Notes: generated by a model from the sequence alone, not told the origin. Positions 31,581 to 41,437 are shown, numbered from the stretch's first letter. The stretch: 64,000 nt of DNA from an uncultured Brevundimonas sp. (GCF_963975535.1 NZ_CAXBHE010000005.1:25172-89171), one strand, 5' to 3'. A program made the numbers and translations.

Positions 31581-32189
31581 ATGCGCCGCCCGACGTTCTC
31601 ATCTCTCGGGTTCCACCTGCCCCGCCTGTCGGACAGGGGTCTGCGCGCCCCCAATCTGAAAACCCTCGGACCCGGCTCGGTCTCCAGCCTGCTCAAGATC
31701 GCGCTGGATGTCGCCTATATCCTGCTGGGTGTCATCACCGGCGGCCTGGTCCTGATGCTGATCGCCGCGGTCTTCATTCCGTTCGCCAACCTCAACCTGA
31801 CCGTCTCCGACGATTCCGGCGGCCTGCAACAACCCCTGACCCGCCCGCTTCTGCTGTTCGGCGTCGGGGCCTTCGCCGCCTTTTTCGGCAGCTTCATGCT
31901 GATCCTGCGTAACCTGCGGATGATCTTCCGCACCCTGACCCTTGGCGATCCGTTCCAGCCGCCCAATGTGCGCCGACTGCGCCAGATCGGCCTGATCCTG
32001 GCCGTGGTCACCGGCGGCAAGTGGCTGGCCCAGGGCCTGGTCGCCGACCGCCTGGCCCCCGGCATCATGGACCCCCAGGGTTTCACGGATCTGCTGACCC
32101 CGGTGTTTTCGGTCCTTGTCGTCTTCGTCCTGGCGGAAGTGTTCCGTGAAGGGGCCCGTCTGCGCCGCGAATCCGAACTGACCATCTGA
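31581..32189 (+). CDS. DUF2975 membrane protein
   Basis: LGPGSVSSLLK, GDPF...NVRRLR.IG, C-terminal VLAEVFREGARLRRESELTI. Confidence 0.9.
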   Translation: MRRPTFSSLGFHLPRLSDRGLRAPNLKTLGPGSVSSLLKIALDVAYILLGVITGGLVLMLIAAVFIPFANLNLTVSDDSGGLQQPLTRPLLLFGVGAFAAFFGSFMLILRNLRMIFRTLTLGDPFQPPNVRRLRQIGLILAVVTGGKWLAQGLVADRLAPGIMDPQGFTDLLTPVFSVLVVFVLAEVFREGARLRRESELTI

Positions 32190-32280
32190 CATGGCCGCGC
32201 GCGCCGCTAGACATGACGTTTTGGCGCGACACGGCAGCCTCCGGGTCGACCCTGCAAATGCCGCGGGATAGAGAGATTTC

Positions 32281-32532
32281 ATGGCCATCCGCATCCAGCT
32301 TGATCGCATCCTTCTCGAACGACGCATGTCGTTGACCGAGTTGGCCGATCGCGTGGGCGTCACCCTGGCCAATCTGTCGATCCTCAAGACCGGCAAGGCC
32401 CGCGCCATTCGCTTCACCACCCTCGACGCCCTGTGCCGCGAACTGAACTGCCAGCCGGGGGACCTGGTCGTGCATGAGCCGGGCCCGCAGGACGCCGCCC
32501 GCGCCTTCGACGACGAAGACGACGACGCCTGA
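32281..32532 (+). CDS. Cro/C1-type HTH regulator (YozG-like)
   Basis: MSLTELADRVGVTLANLSILKTGKARAIRFTTLDALC..L.CQPGDL. Confidence 0.92.
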   Translation: MAIRIQLDRILLERRMSLTELADRVGVTLANLSILKTGKARAIRFTTLDALCRELNCQPGDLVVHEPGPQDAARAFDDEDDDA

Positions 32533-33098
32533 TGGTCACGCGACGCGGCGGGGACCTGACTCCCGAGGACCGGCGGATCTGGACCCGGGTCACAGGCTCG
32601 GTCAGCCCGGCCAAACCGGTCAAGGCCCCGCGCATCGCCGTCGCCGGCCCGGTCGCGAATCCGGGCGCGACGCCCGCTCCGCTCCGGCCGACGCCCCAAC
32701 CGGGTCCACGGCCGGCCGCTCCGGCGGCGACCGCGGCCGGCGCGGCCCGGCCATCCGCATCCCGCGGCGTGCCGGAGTCACTCGAACCCCGGCGTCAGAG
32801 GCGGTTGTCGCGCGAACGCGATCCGATCGAGGCCCGCATCGATCTGCACGGCTATGGCCGGTTCCAGGCCCAGGACGCCCTGACGTCCTTCCTGACCACC
32901 GCCCAGGCGCGCGGCTATCGCGCGGTGCTGGTCATCACCGGCCAGGGCCGGCGCGGCGGCACCGGGGTGATCCGCGGCTCGGTCCATGAATGGCTGACCG
33001 GCCCGGCCCTGCGGGGGGTGGTGTCCGGCTACGCCGCCGCGGCCCGCCACCACGGCGGTGACGGGGCTCTGTATGTGACGATCAAACGGCCGGGTTAG
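32532..33098 (+). CDS. Smr/MutS2 C-terminal domain protein
   Basis: IDLHG, LVITGQG, HHGGDGALYV. Confidence 0.9.
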   Translation: MVTRRGGDLTPEDRRIWTRVTGSVSPAKPVKAPRIAVAGPVANPGATPAPLRPTPQPGPRPAAPAATAAGAARPSASRGVPESLEPRRQRRLSRERDPIEARIDLHGYGRFQAQDALTSFLTTAQARGYRAVLVITGQGRRGGTGVIRGSVHEWLTGPALRGVVSGYAAAARHHGGDGALYVTIKRPG

Positions 33099-34123
33099 GC
33101 CGCGAGTTTCAGGCCAGCCGCGACGGCCAGCCGCTCAAGCGACGTCATCGGTCGCGGACCCCAGTGGGCGATGACCTCGGCCGCCGCCAGCGAGCCGAGC
33201 GCGCCTGCCTCGGCCAGGGTCAGGCCGCGCGCCAGACCGAGCAGGAAGCCGGCGGCGTACTGGTCACCAGCCCCGGTGGTGTCGACGACCTTGTCGACCG
33301 CGGCGGCCTTGACCACGACCCGCTCATTGCCGGCCACGATGACCGAACCCTCGGCGCTGCGGGTGACGGCGGCAACCTCGACCAGCGCGGCCAGTCGGGT
33401 CGTGGCCGCCTCGAAATCGTCGGTCTCGAACAAGGCCAGGAGTTCGCTCTCATTGGCGAGGACGATATCGGCCGAGGCCGCGATGAAGGCCAGAAGTTCG
33501 ACGCGCCAGCGGCCGACGACGAAGGAATCCGACAGGGTGATGGCGACCTTGCGACCGGCGGCGTGGGCGGCTTCGGCGGCGGCCTCGAAGGCCGCACGGG
33601 CCGGGGCCGGATCGAACAGATAGCCTTCCAGATACAGGATGGCGCTGTCGGCGATCAGCGCCGCATCGATGTCGGCCACGGTCAGCTGGTTTGCCGCCCC
33701 GAGAAAGGTCGACATGGTGCGCTGCGCGTCGGGGGTGACATTGATCAGGCAGCGGCCGGTACCCGCACCGCCGGTCAGGACCGGGGTGTCGAAGGCCACG
33801 CCGGCGGCACGGATGTCATGGGCGAAGACCTGGCCCAGGGTGTCGTCGGCGACCTTGCCCAGATAGGCGGCGCGTCCGGAAAACGAGCCGATACCCGCCA
33901 CCGTATTCCCGGCCGATCCGCCCGAGACCTCGACGCCGGCCGCCATGGCGTCATACAGGGCGGCGCTCTGGATCTCGTCGACCAGCGACATCGAGCCCGG
34001 GACCAGGCCCTGGGCGCTGAGGAACTCCGGCGTGCACGGGGCGAGTACGTCGACGATGGCATTGCCGACGGCACAGACGTCGAAGCGGGCGGGGGTCGCG
34101 GCGGGAATGTTTGTCTGGGTCAT
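33095..34123 (-). CDS. PfkB family kinase (adenosine kinase-like)
   Basis: GNAIVDV, GGSAGNT, LANESE, VDTTGAGD. Confidence 0.92.
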   Translation of the reverse strand: MTQTNIPAATPARFDVCAVGNAIVDVLAPCTPEFLSAQGLVPGSMSLVDEIQSAALYDAMAAGVEVSGGSAGNTVAGIGSFSGRAAYLGKVADDTLGQVFAHDIRAAGVAFDTPVLTGGAGTGRCLINVTPDAQRTMSTFLGAANQLTVADIDAALIADSAILYLEGYLFDPAPARAAFEAAAEAAHAAGRKVAITLSDSFVVGRWRVELLAFIAASADIVLANESELLALFETDDFEAATTRLAALVEVAAVTRSAEGSVIVAGNERVVVKAAAVDKVVDTTGAGDQYAAGFLLGLARGLTLAEAGALGSLAAAEVIAHWGPRPMTSLERLAVAAGLKLAA

Positions 34124-34206
34124 GGCGCGCCCCTTAGCGGTCGCGCCCGGAATTGGCCAGTGGGGGCGGTTGCGGGCCCGGGCCGTTTCGGGTCAGGAGG
34201 GTCTCC

Positions 34207-35076
34207 ATGACCCGCATTGCCGTGCTGACCCCCGACCCCGCCGACCTTTCCTACGCCAGCCAGTGGCCCGGCGTGCGCGACCGGCTGGCGGCGGCCCTGG
34301 CGCGGGAAGGGATCGAGGCCGTGGCCACGCCATGGACCGAGCACATCGACGATGTTGCCGGCCTGGCCGGATTTCCATTGATCCTGCCGATGATCGTCTG
34401 GGGTTACCATCGCGATCACCCGCGCTGGCTCCAGGCCTGCGCGACCTGGGCGGCGGCCGGCCTGCCCCTGGCCAATCCGGCCCCCGTGCTGGCGTGGAAT
34501 TCGGACAAGACCTACCTTGCCCGCCTTGCCGGGCGCGGCGTGCCGATTCCCGAGACGATCTGGAGCGCCGGAGTCACGGTCGACACGGTCGCCGCCGCCT
34601 TCACCAGCACGGGGGCCGAACAACTGATCGTCAAGCCGACCGTCTCCGGCGGCGCGTGGCGGACACTGCGCCTGTCACCGGGCCAGCCGCTCGACGCGGC
34701 TCCGAAGGGTTCGGCGATGATCCAGCCCTATCTGCCGACCATCGAAACCGCAGGCGAAACCTCCCTGCTGTTCTTCGGCGGTGTCTTCAGCCATGCGGTC
34801 AACAAACGTCCGGTCGGCGGCGATTTCCGCATCCAGGTCCAGTTCGGCGGCCTCTATGCGCCGGTGGCCGACCCGCCGGCCGCAGCCATGGCCCTGGCGA
34901 AGCAGGTGCTGGCCGCCATCGACGAGCCCCTGTTGTATGCCCGTATCGACATGGTGCCCGACGCCGACGGCAACTGGCTGCTGATGGAGGCCGAGCTGAT
35001 CGAGCCCGACATGTATCTGGACCATGCCCCCGACGCTGGCATGGGATTCGCCCGCGCAGTGCGGGCGCGGCTCTAG
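34207..35076 (+). CDS. RimK/DcsG-like ATP-grasp ligase
   Basis: WNSDKTYL, IVKPTVSGGA, MIQPYL, YARIDMV, LMEAELIEP. Confidence 0.85.
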   Translation: MTRIAVLTPDPADLSYASQWPGVRDRLAAALAREGIEAVATPWTEHIDDVAGLAGFPLILPMIVWGYHRDHPRWLQACATWAAAGLPLANPAPVLAWNSDKTYLARLAGRGVPIPETIWSAGVTVDTVAAAFTSTGAEQLIVKPTVSGGAWRTLRLSPGQPLDAAPKGSAMIQPYLPTIETAGETSLLFFGGVFSHAVNKRPVGGDFRIQVQFGGLYAPVADPPAAAMALAKQVLAAIDEPLLYARIDMVPDADGNWLLMEAELIEPDMYLDHAPDAGMGFARAVRARL

Positions 35077-36371
35077 CGCGGATCGTCCAGGCTGAGCCGC
35101 GACACCAGCACCGCCGCGCGCAGGGCCTGGCGGGTCAGACTGTCCAGGTCGATCCATTCGCCGTCGGCATGGGCTCCGCCCCCGGCCACGCCCAGCCCAC
35201 CCAGCGTATCGACATCGGCCGCCACAAAGCCGCTGTCGGCCGCCCCGCGTCGGCCGGGATCAAACTCGGCCAGCAACGGCAGACCGAGATCGCGATTGAC
35301 GACATTGAGCCGGGCCAGCAGGGCGCGGTTGCCCTCGGTCGGCGCCATCGGTGGATAGCCGCCCTCGGCGAATTCCAGCGTCGCTCCGGTTCGGGGCAGG
35401 TGTCCGGCGACGATCGTCTGCATGCCGGCGCGGACGCGATCATCCTGTTCGCGCGTCAGGGTGCGAAGATCGCCGCGGGCGATGGCGGTTTCAGCGACGA
35501 TATTGGTCTTGCCGGAAGCAACGACCCCAAAGCCTTCGGCATCGATTGCCACCGGGGTACCGCCGGCCATCACCCCGACATTGAAGGTGGCGTTGGGCTC
35601 CTGAAGTTCGCGCTGAAAGGCGTCGAGGATGCGGGCCATTTCATAGATGGCCCCATAGCCCAGGGTCTCGTTGAACACCCCGCTGGAATGACCGGTGCGG
35701 CCGGTCGTGGTCAGGGCCCAGTTGGTCGAGCTGCGCCGGGCGACGGTTCCGAACTCCAGCCCGCCTTCAACTGCCAGATTTTCGAATTCCAGCGCATAGT
35801 CAGCCACCTTCCCGGCCGCGATCAGGTCGCGCCGCGCGACCGAGGCCGGAATCCCGACCCGCTCCTCGTCCCCGGTCAGAACGATGGTGACATTGGCGCG
35901 GTCCAGGTGACCTGCTGCCTGCAGGGCCCGCATCGCCGCGATGATCACCACCAGTCCGCCCTTGTCGTCACCGATGCCGGGCCCGATGGCACGGCTGCCC
36001 TCGCGCCGGAATGTCTGGAACGCCCCGTCAGCCTCGAACACGGTATCCAGATGGCCGATCAGCAGGACATTGCGCCCGGGTCCAGGGTAGCTGGCGATCA
36101 GATGACCGGCCCGGCCGGATTCGGCCATATCGACCCAGCGGATGACAAAGCCCAGGGGCTCAAGCTCGGCCGCGACCATTGTGCCGACAGCGCGAACACC
36201 CGCCAGGTTCAGCGTCCCGCTGTTCTGATTCACCAGTCGCTCCAGCAGGGCGATATGGCGATCGCGCTCCTGCGCCACCGTTCGGACCATGGCCTGTTCT
36301 GCAATACTGACCTGGGCATAGGCTGCGGCGGGCACCACCAGCAGCAACAGGCAACATAGGATCAGGCGCAT
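35073..36371 (-). CDS. M20/M25/M40 metallopeptidase (carboxypeptidase G2-like), secreted
   Basis: Signal peptide, GHLDTVF, DDKGG, TGDEE, GGAH. Confidence 0.9.
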   Translation of the reverse strand: MRLILCCLLLLVVPAAAYAQVSIAEQAMVRTVAQERDRHIALLERLVNQNSGTLNLAGVRAVGTMVAAELEPLGFVIRWVDMAESGRAGHLIASYPGPGRNVLLIGHLDTVFEADGAFQTFRREGSRAIGPGIGDDKGGLVVIIAAMRALQAAGHLDRANVTIVLTGDEERVGIPASVARRDLIAAGKVADYALEFENLAVEGGLEFGTVARRSSTNWALTTTGRTGHSSGVFNETLGYGAIYEMARILDAFQRELQEPNATFNVGVMAGGTPVAIDAEGFGVVASGKTNIVAETAIARGDLRTLTREQDDRVRAGMQTIVAGHLPRTGATLEFAEGGYPPMAPTEGNRALLARLNVVNRDLGLPLLAEFDPGRRGAADSGFVAADVDTLGGLGVAGGGAHADGEWIDLDSLTRQALRAAVLVSRLSLDDPR

Positions 36372-36441
36372 CGAACTCTCCCGGGACCGGGTCAAGGCAT
36401 TGCCCATACCACGCGCCGGGTAAAGGCCGCCCGCAGTGGCG

Positions 36442-37137
36442 TCAGTCGCTGCTTCGCGGTACCGTCAGGCGTACAGTCAGTCCATCAGGTCCGGAATCGA
36501 ACGCCAGGGACGCATCCAGCTGCCGGGCCAGGTCCCGCATCAGGCCGATGCCGAACCCACCGTCGGTACCGGCCGGCAGGGCGGCGGGGAGGCCGTCGCC
36601 GTTGTCACCGATCTCGACCCGCAGATCGCCGGACGGGAGGGGCAGGCAACGGACGGTCAACCGCCCCGGTCGTGTTCCCCGGAATGCATATTTCAGCGAA
36701 TTGGTCACCGCCTCGTTGACGATCTGGCTGATCGGCAGAAGCTGGTCCATTCGCACCGAACAGGCCGGGTCCAGGTCCTCGACCACGGCGCAGGTTTCCG
36801 GATCGATCGCGAAACAGGCCACCACCTCGTGCAGAAGGGGGCCCAGATCGCTCGACTGATCGTTCACATTCGTCATCAGCCTGCGGTGCAGGCGGGCGAT
36901 GGCATGGATCTGGGCATCGACGCTGCGGGCGAAGAGGCTGACGGCCGCGCGGTCCACCACGCCGTCACGCGCGATATGGCGACCCTGCAGGCGCACGTAG
37001 CTGGACAGCATCATCAGATGATTGGCCACCCGGTGGTCGGTCTCGGCCCGCAACACACACGGTCCGGCACAGTCCGGACCGGCCGGAGGCGGTGCCTCCG
37101 GTGGCCGGTCTTTCGAAGATCGCGTGGAGTCTGGCAT
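36442..37137 (-). CDS. HisKA_2-type histidine kinase with no recognisable sensor domain
   Basis: ETDHRVANHL H-box, NEAVTNSLKYAF N-box, DNGDGL, GFGIGL; only about 28 low-complexity residues precede the H-box. Confidence 0.85.
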   Translation of the reverse strand: MPDSTRSSKDRPPEAPPPAGPDCAGPCVLRAETDHRVANHLMMLSSYVRLQGRHIARDGVVDRAAVSLFARSVDAQIHAIARLHRRLMTNVNDQSSDLGPLLHEVVACFAIDPETCAVVEDLDPACSVRMDQLLPISQIVNEAVTNSLKYAFRGTRPGRLTVRCLPLPSGDLRVEIGDNGDGLPAALPAGTDGGFGIGLMRDLARQLDASLAFDSGPDGLTVRLTVPRSSD

Positions 37138-37171
37138 GGCCGGCTGCACCCGCGGATCCGTCCTGATCCGA

Positions 37172-37220
37172 GCCCGCAATCCTAGACAGGACGCCCATCC
37201 CCGACATTGAGAGAGATCAA
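37172..37220 (-). promoter_or_regulatory. FNR/FixK-like class II promoter for the orphan kinase
   Basis: TTGAT-CTCT-CTCAA (37207-37220, one mismatch from TTGAT-N4-ATCAA) centred 41.5 bp upstream of the +1 implied by a TAGGAT -10 (37179-37184). Confidence 0.65.
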
Positions 37221-37222
37221 TC

Positions 37223-37242
37223 GGTGCCGGTTTGCCGGCACC
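37223..37242 (-). terminator. GC hairpin directly after the nth stop
   Basis: GGTGCCGG-TTTG-CCGGCACC perfect 8-bp stem; no clear U tract. Confidence 0.5.
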
Positions 37243-37956
37243 TTATCCGGCCATCATCAGCCCCGCCCGCGACGGACACAGGTCGGCGACCGGACAGCCG
37301 CCGCAGTTGGGCTTGCGCGCGGTGCAGGTGTAGCGGCCGTGCAGGATCAGCCAGTGGTGGGCCTTGGCCAGATAGGCCTCGGGCACGATCCGGTGCAGCT
37401 GGGCCTCGACCTTGTCCGGGGTGGCGGCATTGGCCAGGCCCAGACGGTGCGAGACCCGGAACACATGGGTGTCGACGGCGATGGCCGGCTCGATGCCCAG
37501 TTCATTGAGAACCACACTGGCGGTCTTGCGCCCGACTCCCGGCAAGGCCTGCAGGTCGGCGCGGTTCAACGGCACGCTGCCGCCGTGCTGCTCCAGCACG
37601 ATCCGGCTCAGGGCGATGACGTTTTTCGCCTTGTTCCGGTACAGGCCGATCGAGGCGATGAAGGGCGTCAGCCCCGCCTCGCCCAGGGCCAGCATCTTCG
37701 CCGGGGTGTCGGCCACGGCGAACAGCCTGTCCGTGGCCTTGTTGACCGCGACGTCGGTGGCCTGGGCTGACAGGGCCACGGCCACGGTCAGCGTATAGGC
37801 GTCATGGAAATGCAGTTCGGTCTTCGGCTCGGGCATGATCGCGGCCAGCCGCGCGAAAATGGCCTCGACCCGGTCGGGATCGGGCGGGAAGACGACGGCC
37901 CCGGACGCCGGCGCGCGCGGAGCTGTCTTGCGAGGACGAGGTTTCGGCACGGCCAT
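37243..37956 (-). CDS. nth: endonuclease III
   Basis: LSAQATD, HhH LPGVGRKTA, AVDTH, [4Fe-4S] CTARKPNCGGCPVADLC. Confidence 0.96.
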   Translation of the reverse strand: MAVPKPRPRKTAPRAPASGAVVFPPDPDRVEAIFARLAAIMPEPKTELHFHDAYTLTVAVALSAQATDVAVNKATDRLFAVADTPAKMLALGEAGLTPFIASIGLYRNKAKNVIALSRIVLEQHGGSVPLNRADLQALPGVGRKTASVVLNELGIEPAIAVDTHVFRVSHRLGLANAATPDKVEAQLHRIVPEAYLAKAHHWLILHGRYTCTARKPNCGGCPVADLCPSRAGLMMAG

Positions 37957-38058
37957 CAACAAGGCCTTCGCCGTCCTCGCCGGTCGGGTCAAGCGCCCCG
38001 AGTGACGAACACTGAAACACGACGTGTTTGCTGCGGCGCATCCGGTGTTGTTGATTTT

Positions 38059-38074
38059 TGGACGTTGTAGTCCA
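38059..38074. promoter_or_regulatory. candidate TetR operator for the efflux operon
   Basis: TGGAC-N6-GTCCA inverted repeat in the AT-rich spacer upstream of the HlyD gene. Confidence 0.45.
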
Positions 38075-38121
38075 TTTTAGCGGCCAGCCTCCCCGGCACA
38101 GACCCTGAGTTCGAGTTACCC

Positions 38122-39243
38122 ATGACCGTCTCCGCCACTTTGAAACAGCGCTTGCCGCTGATCGTCGCCGTTTTGGTCGGCCTTGCGGTCATCATCGGCG
38201 GCACCGTCTGGTGGCTGGGCAACCAGCGCTGGGAGACCACCGACAATGCCTTCGTCCAGGCCGACACCACCCTCGTCAGTCCCCAGGTCAGTGGCTATGT
38301 CGTCGCGGTTCTGGTCGCCGACAACCAGCGCGTCGAGCCCGGCCAGATTCTGGTCCGCCTCGATGACGCCGACGCCCGCGCCAAATTGGCCGAGGCCGAG
38401 GCCAATCTGCAGGCCCTGATCGCCGCCGTCGGCAATGTCGATGCCCGCGCCGCCCAGGAACAGGCGATGATCGCCGCGCGGGCCGCCGGGGTGGACCAGG
38501 CCCGGGCCCAGGCCGGCCTGGCCCATGCCCAGGTCGACCGCTACGGCCGGCTGGCCGAACAGGGCTGGGTCTCGCAGCAGCGCATCCAGACTGAACAGGC
38601 GGGGGCCGCCACGGCCCAGGCCGCGGTCGCCCAGGCCCAGGCCGCCCTCGTCGCCGAACAGCGCGCCGCCGCCGTACTGGGCTCGACCCGCGAACAGAGT
38701 GTCGCCGCGGTCCAGCAGGCGCGCGCCGCCGTCGATCAGGCGCGCACCGCCCTAGACCGCACCATCATCCGCGCGCCCGTCGCCGGCGTCGTCGGGGCCC
38801 GGGGCGTGCGCGCCGGCCAGTACGTCAATCCGGGGGCCCAGCTGCTGTCGATCGTGCCGCTGGGCGATACCTTCGTCGTGGCCAATTTCAAGGAAACCCA
38901 GCTGGACCATTTGCGTCTGGGCCAGACCGTCGAAATCACCGCCGACGCCTTTCCCGGTCGGCCCGTTCGCGGCCGGATCGACAGTTTCGCCCCCGCGACC
39001 GGTTCGGAATTCGCCCTGATCCCGGTCGAGAACGCCACGGGCAATTTCACCAAGATCACCCAGCGGGTCCCGGTGCGCATCGTCGTCGCCCGGAGCGAAC
39101 ACGGAACCGCGGCCCTGCGTCCCGGCCTGTCGGTCGAGGTTCGCGTCGACCTCAAGAGCGCCGGCGGGCCCAGCTTCGCCCAGGTCGGCGGTGACGATCC
39201 GCGCCTGGCCGAGGTCGCGACCGGTCCGGCCCGTCCCGAATGA
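38122..39243 (+). CDS. HlyD/EmrA family membrane fusion protein
   Basis: TTDNAFV, IRAPVAG, VANFKETQL, ATGSEFALIPVENATGNFTKITQRVPVRI. Confidence 0.93.
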   Translation: MTVSATLKQRLPLIVAVLVGLAVIIGGTVWWLGNQRWETTDNAFVQADTTLVSPQVSGYVVAVLVADNQRVEPGQILVRLDDADARAKLAEAEANLQALIAAVGNVDARAAQEQAMIAARAAGVDQARAQAGLAHAQVDRYGRLAEQGWVSQQRIQTEQAGAATAQAAVAQAQAALVAEQRAAAVLGSTREQSVAAVQQARAAVDQARTALDRTIIRAPVAGVVGARGVRAGQYVNPGAQLLSIVPLGDTFVVANFKETQLDHLRLGQTVEITADAFPGRPVRGRIDSFAPATGSEFALIPVENATGNFTKITQRVPVRIVVARSEHGTAALRPGLSVEVRVDLKSAGGPSFAQVGGDDPRLAEVATGPARPE

Positions 39244-40838
39244 GCGCGGCCGTCACCGACGGCTCCGCCCTTGCCCCCCAGCCTGAAACGGCCGCGCCCG
39301 AGATCAACTGGACCTTCCTGCTGCTCGGCTTTGCCGGGATGGTGATCGGCCAGTTCATGGCCATTCTCGACATCCAGATCGTGGCCGCCTCGCTGCCGCA
39401 GATCCAGGCCGGGATCGGGGCCTCGGCCGACGAGATCAGCTGGATCCAGACCGCCTATCTGATCCCCGAGGTCGTGATGATCCCGCTGTCGGGCTATCTG
39501 TCACGCCTGTGGGGGACGCAGAAGGTGTTCCTGGTCTCCTGTACCGGCTTCCTGCTGATGAGCGTGGCCACAGGCCTGTCGACCTCGATCGACATGATGA
39601 TCCTGTTCCGGGCGCTGCAGGGCTTCGTCGGCGGGGCCATGATCCCGACCGTCTTCGCCGTGGCCTTCACCGCCTTCCCGCCCGACAAGCGGGTCACGGC
39701 CAGTGTGGTCATGGGGCTGATCGTGACCCTGGCCCCGACCGTCGGCCCGACCCTGGGCGGTCACCTGACCGAATGGCTCAGCTGGCGCTGGCTGTTCTTC
39801 ATCAATGTGATCCCGGGTCTGCTGGTGCTGTTCCTGGTCGGTCGCTTCGCCGATTTCGACAAGGGCGATCCGTCACTGTCCAGGGGGTTCGACTGGTTCG
39901 GACTCGGCCTGATGGCGGTGTTCCTGATGAGTATGCAGTTCGTGCTGGAGGAAGGGTCGAAGAAGGACTGGTTCGCTGACACCGTCATCCTCGCCCTGGC
40001 CGTCGTCGCCGCCATTTCCGGGCCGGCCTTCATCTGGCGTTCGCTGACCTATTTCAATCCGATCGTCGAACTGCGCGCCTTCGCCAACCGCAATTTCACG
40101 GTCGGCTTCATCATGACCTTCATCGTCGGCGCGGCCCTGTTCGGCGGCACCTTCCTGCTGCCGCTGTTCCTTGGGCGGGTGCTCGATTATTCGCCCTCTG
40201 AGGTCGGCACCACCATGGTGGTCTCGGGTCTTGCCATGTTCGCCACCGCCCCCTTCGCCGGACGGCTGGTACGCAAGCTGGACCTGCGCCTGCTGATGTT
40301 CGTCGGTTTCGTCATGTGCGCCTGGGGCATGTGGGACGCCCGGGCCCTGACGTCGGAATGGGGCTATTGGGAGTTCGCCGGGGTCCAGGCGATGCGCGGG
40401 GCCGGAGTCATGCTGGCCATGATCGCCGCCCAGCAGGTGACGATGTCGACCCTGCCTGACCATATGGTCAAGAACGCCTCCGGTCTGGTCAATCTGTCGC
40501 GCAACGTCGGCGGGGCCTTCGGCCTGGCCTTCCTGAACACCTCCCTGACCACCAATACCGCCGTGCACATGGGCGAACTCACCGACCGGATCAGCCAGTC
40601 CAATGTGCAGATGCAGGCCATGCTGGCCGGGATGAGCCAGCGGTTCGCCGGCTCGATCGACCCCGAGGGGGCGGCACTGAAGGCGGTCTGGGGCATGCTG
40701 CAGCGCCAGGCCACCATCCTTGCGTTCGGTGACGCCTTCGCCATGCTGGCCATGGCCTGCGCCGTCGCCGCGGTCGTCACCCTGTTCGCCCGCCCCGTGA
40801 AGACGACCCCGGGCGCACCGCCTCTGGAGGCCCACTGA
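39240..40838 (+). CDS. DHA2/EmrB family MFS efflux permease
   Basis: MAILDIQIV, WIQTAYL, FRALQGFVGG, WRWLFFIN; about 14 TM segments. Confidence 0.93.
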   Translation: MSAAVTDGSALAPQPETAAPEINWTFLLLGFAGMVIGQFMAILDIQIVAASLPQIQAGIGASADEISWIQTAYLIPEVVMIPLSGYLSRLWGTQKVFLVSCTGFLLMSVATGLSTSIDMMILFRALQGFVGGAMIPTVFAVAFTAFPPDKRVTASVVMGLIVTLAPTVGPTLGGHLTEWLSWRWLFFINVIPGLLVLFLVGRFADFDKGDPSLSRGFDWFGLGLMAVFLMSMQFVLEEGSKKDWFADTVILALAVVAAISGPAFIWRSLTYFNPIVELRAFANRNFTVGFIMTFIVGAALFGGTFLLPLFLGRVLDYSPSEVGTTMVVSGLAMFATAPFAGRLVRKLDLRLLMFVGFVMCAWGMWDARALTSEWGYWEFAGVQAMRGAGVMLAMIAAQQVTMSTLPDHMVKNASGLVNLSRNVGGAFGLAFLNTSLTTNTAVHMGELTDRISQSNVQMQAMLAGMSQRFAGSIDPEGAALKAVWGMLQRQATILAFGDAFAMLAMACAVAAVVTLFARPVKTTPGAPPLEAH

Positions 40839-41437
40839 TGTCCCGCGCCGTCGGCCAGATCGACCCCCGCAAGAGCGAGGCCATCCTCGACGCCGCCACG
40901 GAGCTGTTCGCCGAAAAGGGAGCGGCCGCGACCATGGACGAGATCGCCCGCCGCGCCGGGGTATCGAAACAGACCCTCTACAACCGCTTCGCCTCCAAGC
41001 TGGACATCGGTCGGGCCCTGGCCGCACGGCGGTCCGACGCCGTGACCGCCCCGCTGCGCTCCGAAGGCGACCCGCAGACGGTGCTGACGGCCTATGCCAT
41101 CGCCCTGCTGGAGAAGATCGTCCACGGTGAGGCCGGAGCCTCGCTGCGCGGCCTCGCCATGGTCTCGCCGGAGGCCCCGGACATCGCCGCCGCCATCTAT
41201 GACGGCGGTCCCGGTGAGAGCCTGCGCCGTCTGTCCGCCTGGCTGGGCGAGCAGGACCGGCGCGGCCTGCTGTCCGTGCCCGATCCGGACCACGCCGCCG
41301 AGATCTTCTCCGGCATGGCGCTGGGCCACAGCCACCTGCGCACCCTGCTCGGGGTTCATCATCCGGGCGCGGACCAAATCCCCGAACGGGCCCGCGAAAC
41401 CGCGCGCCGCTTCATCCGCGCCTTCCTCCCCGACTGA
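40838..41437 (+). CDS. TetR/AcrR family regulator
   Basis: ILDAATELFAEKG...TMDEIARRAGVSKQTLYNRFASK. Confidence 0.93.
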   Translation: MSRAVGQIDPRKSEAILDAATELFAEKGAAATMDEIARRAGVSKQTLYNRFASKLDIGRALAARRSDAVTAPLRSEGDPQTVLTAYAIALLEKIVHGEAGASLRGLAMVSPEAPDIAAAIYDGGPGESLRRLSAWLGEQDRRGLLSVPDPDHAAEIFSGMALGHSHLRTLLGVHHPGADQIPERARETARRFIRAFLPD

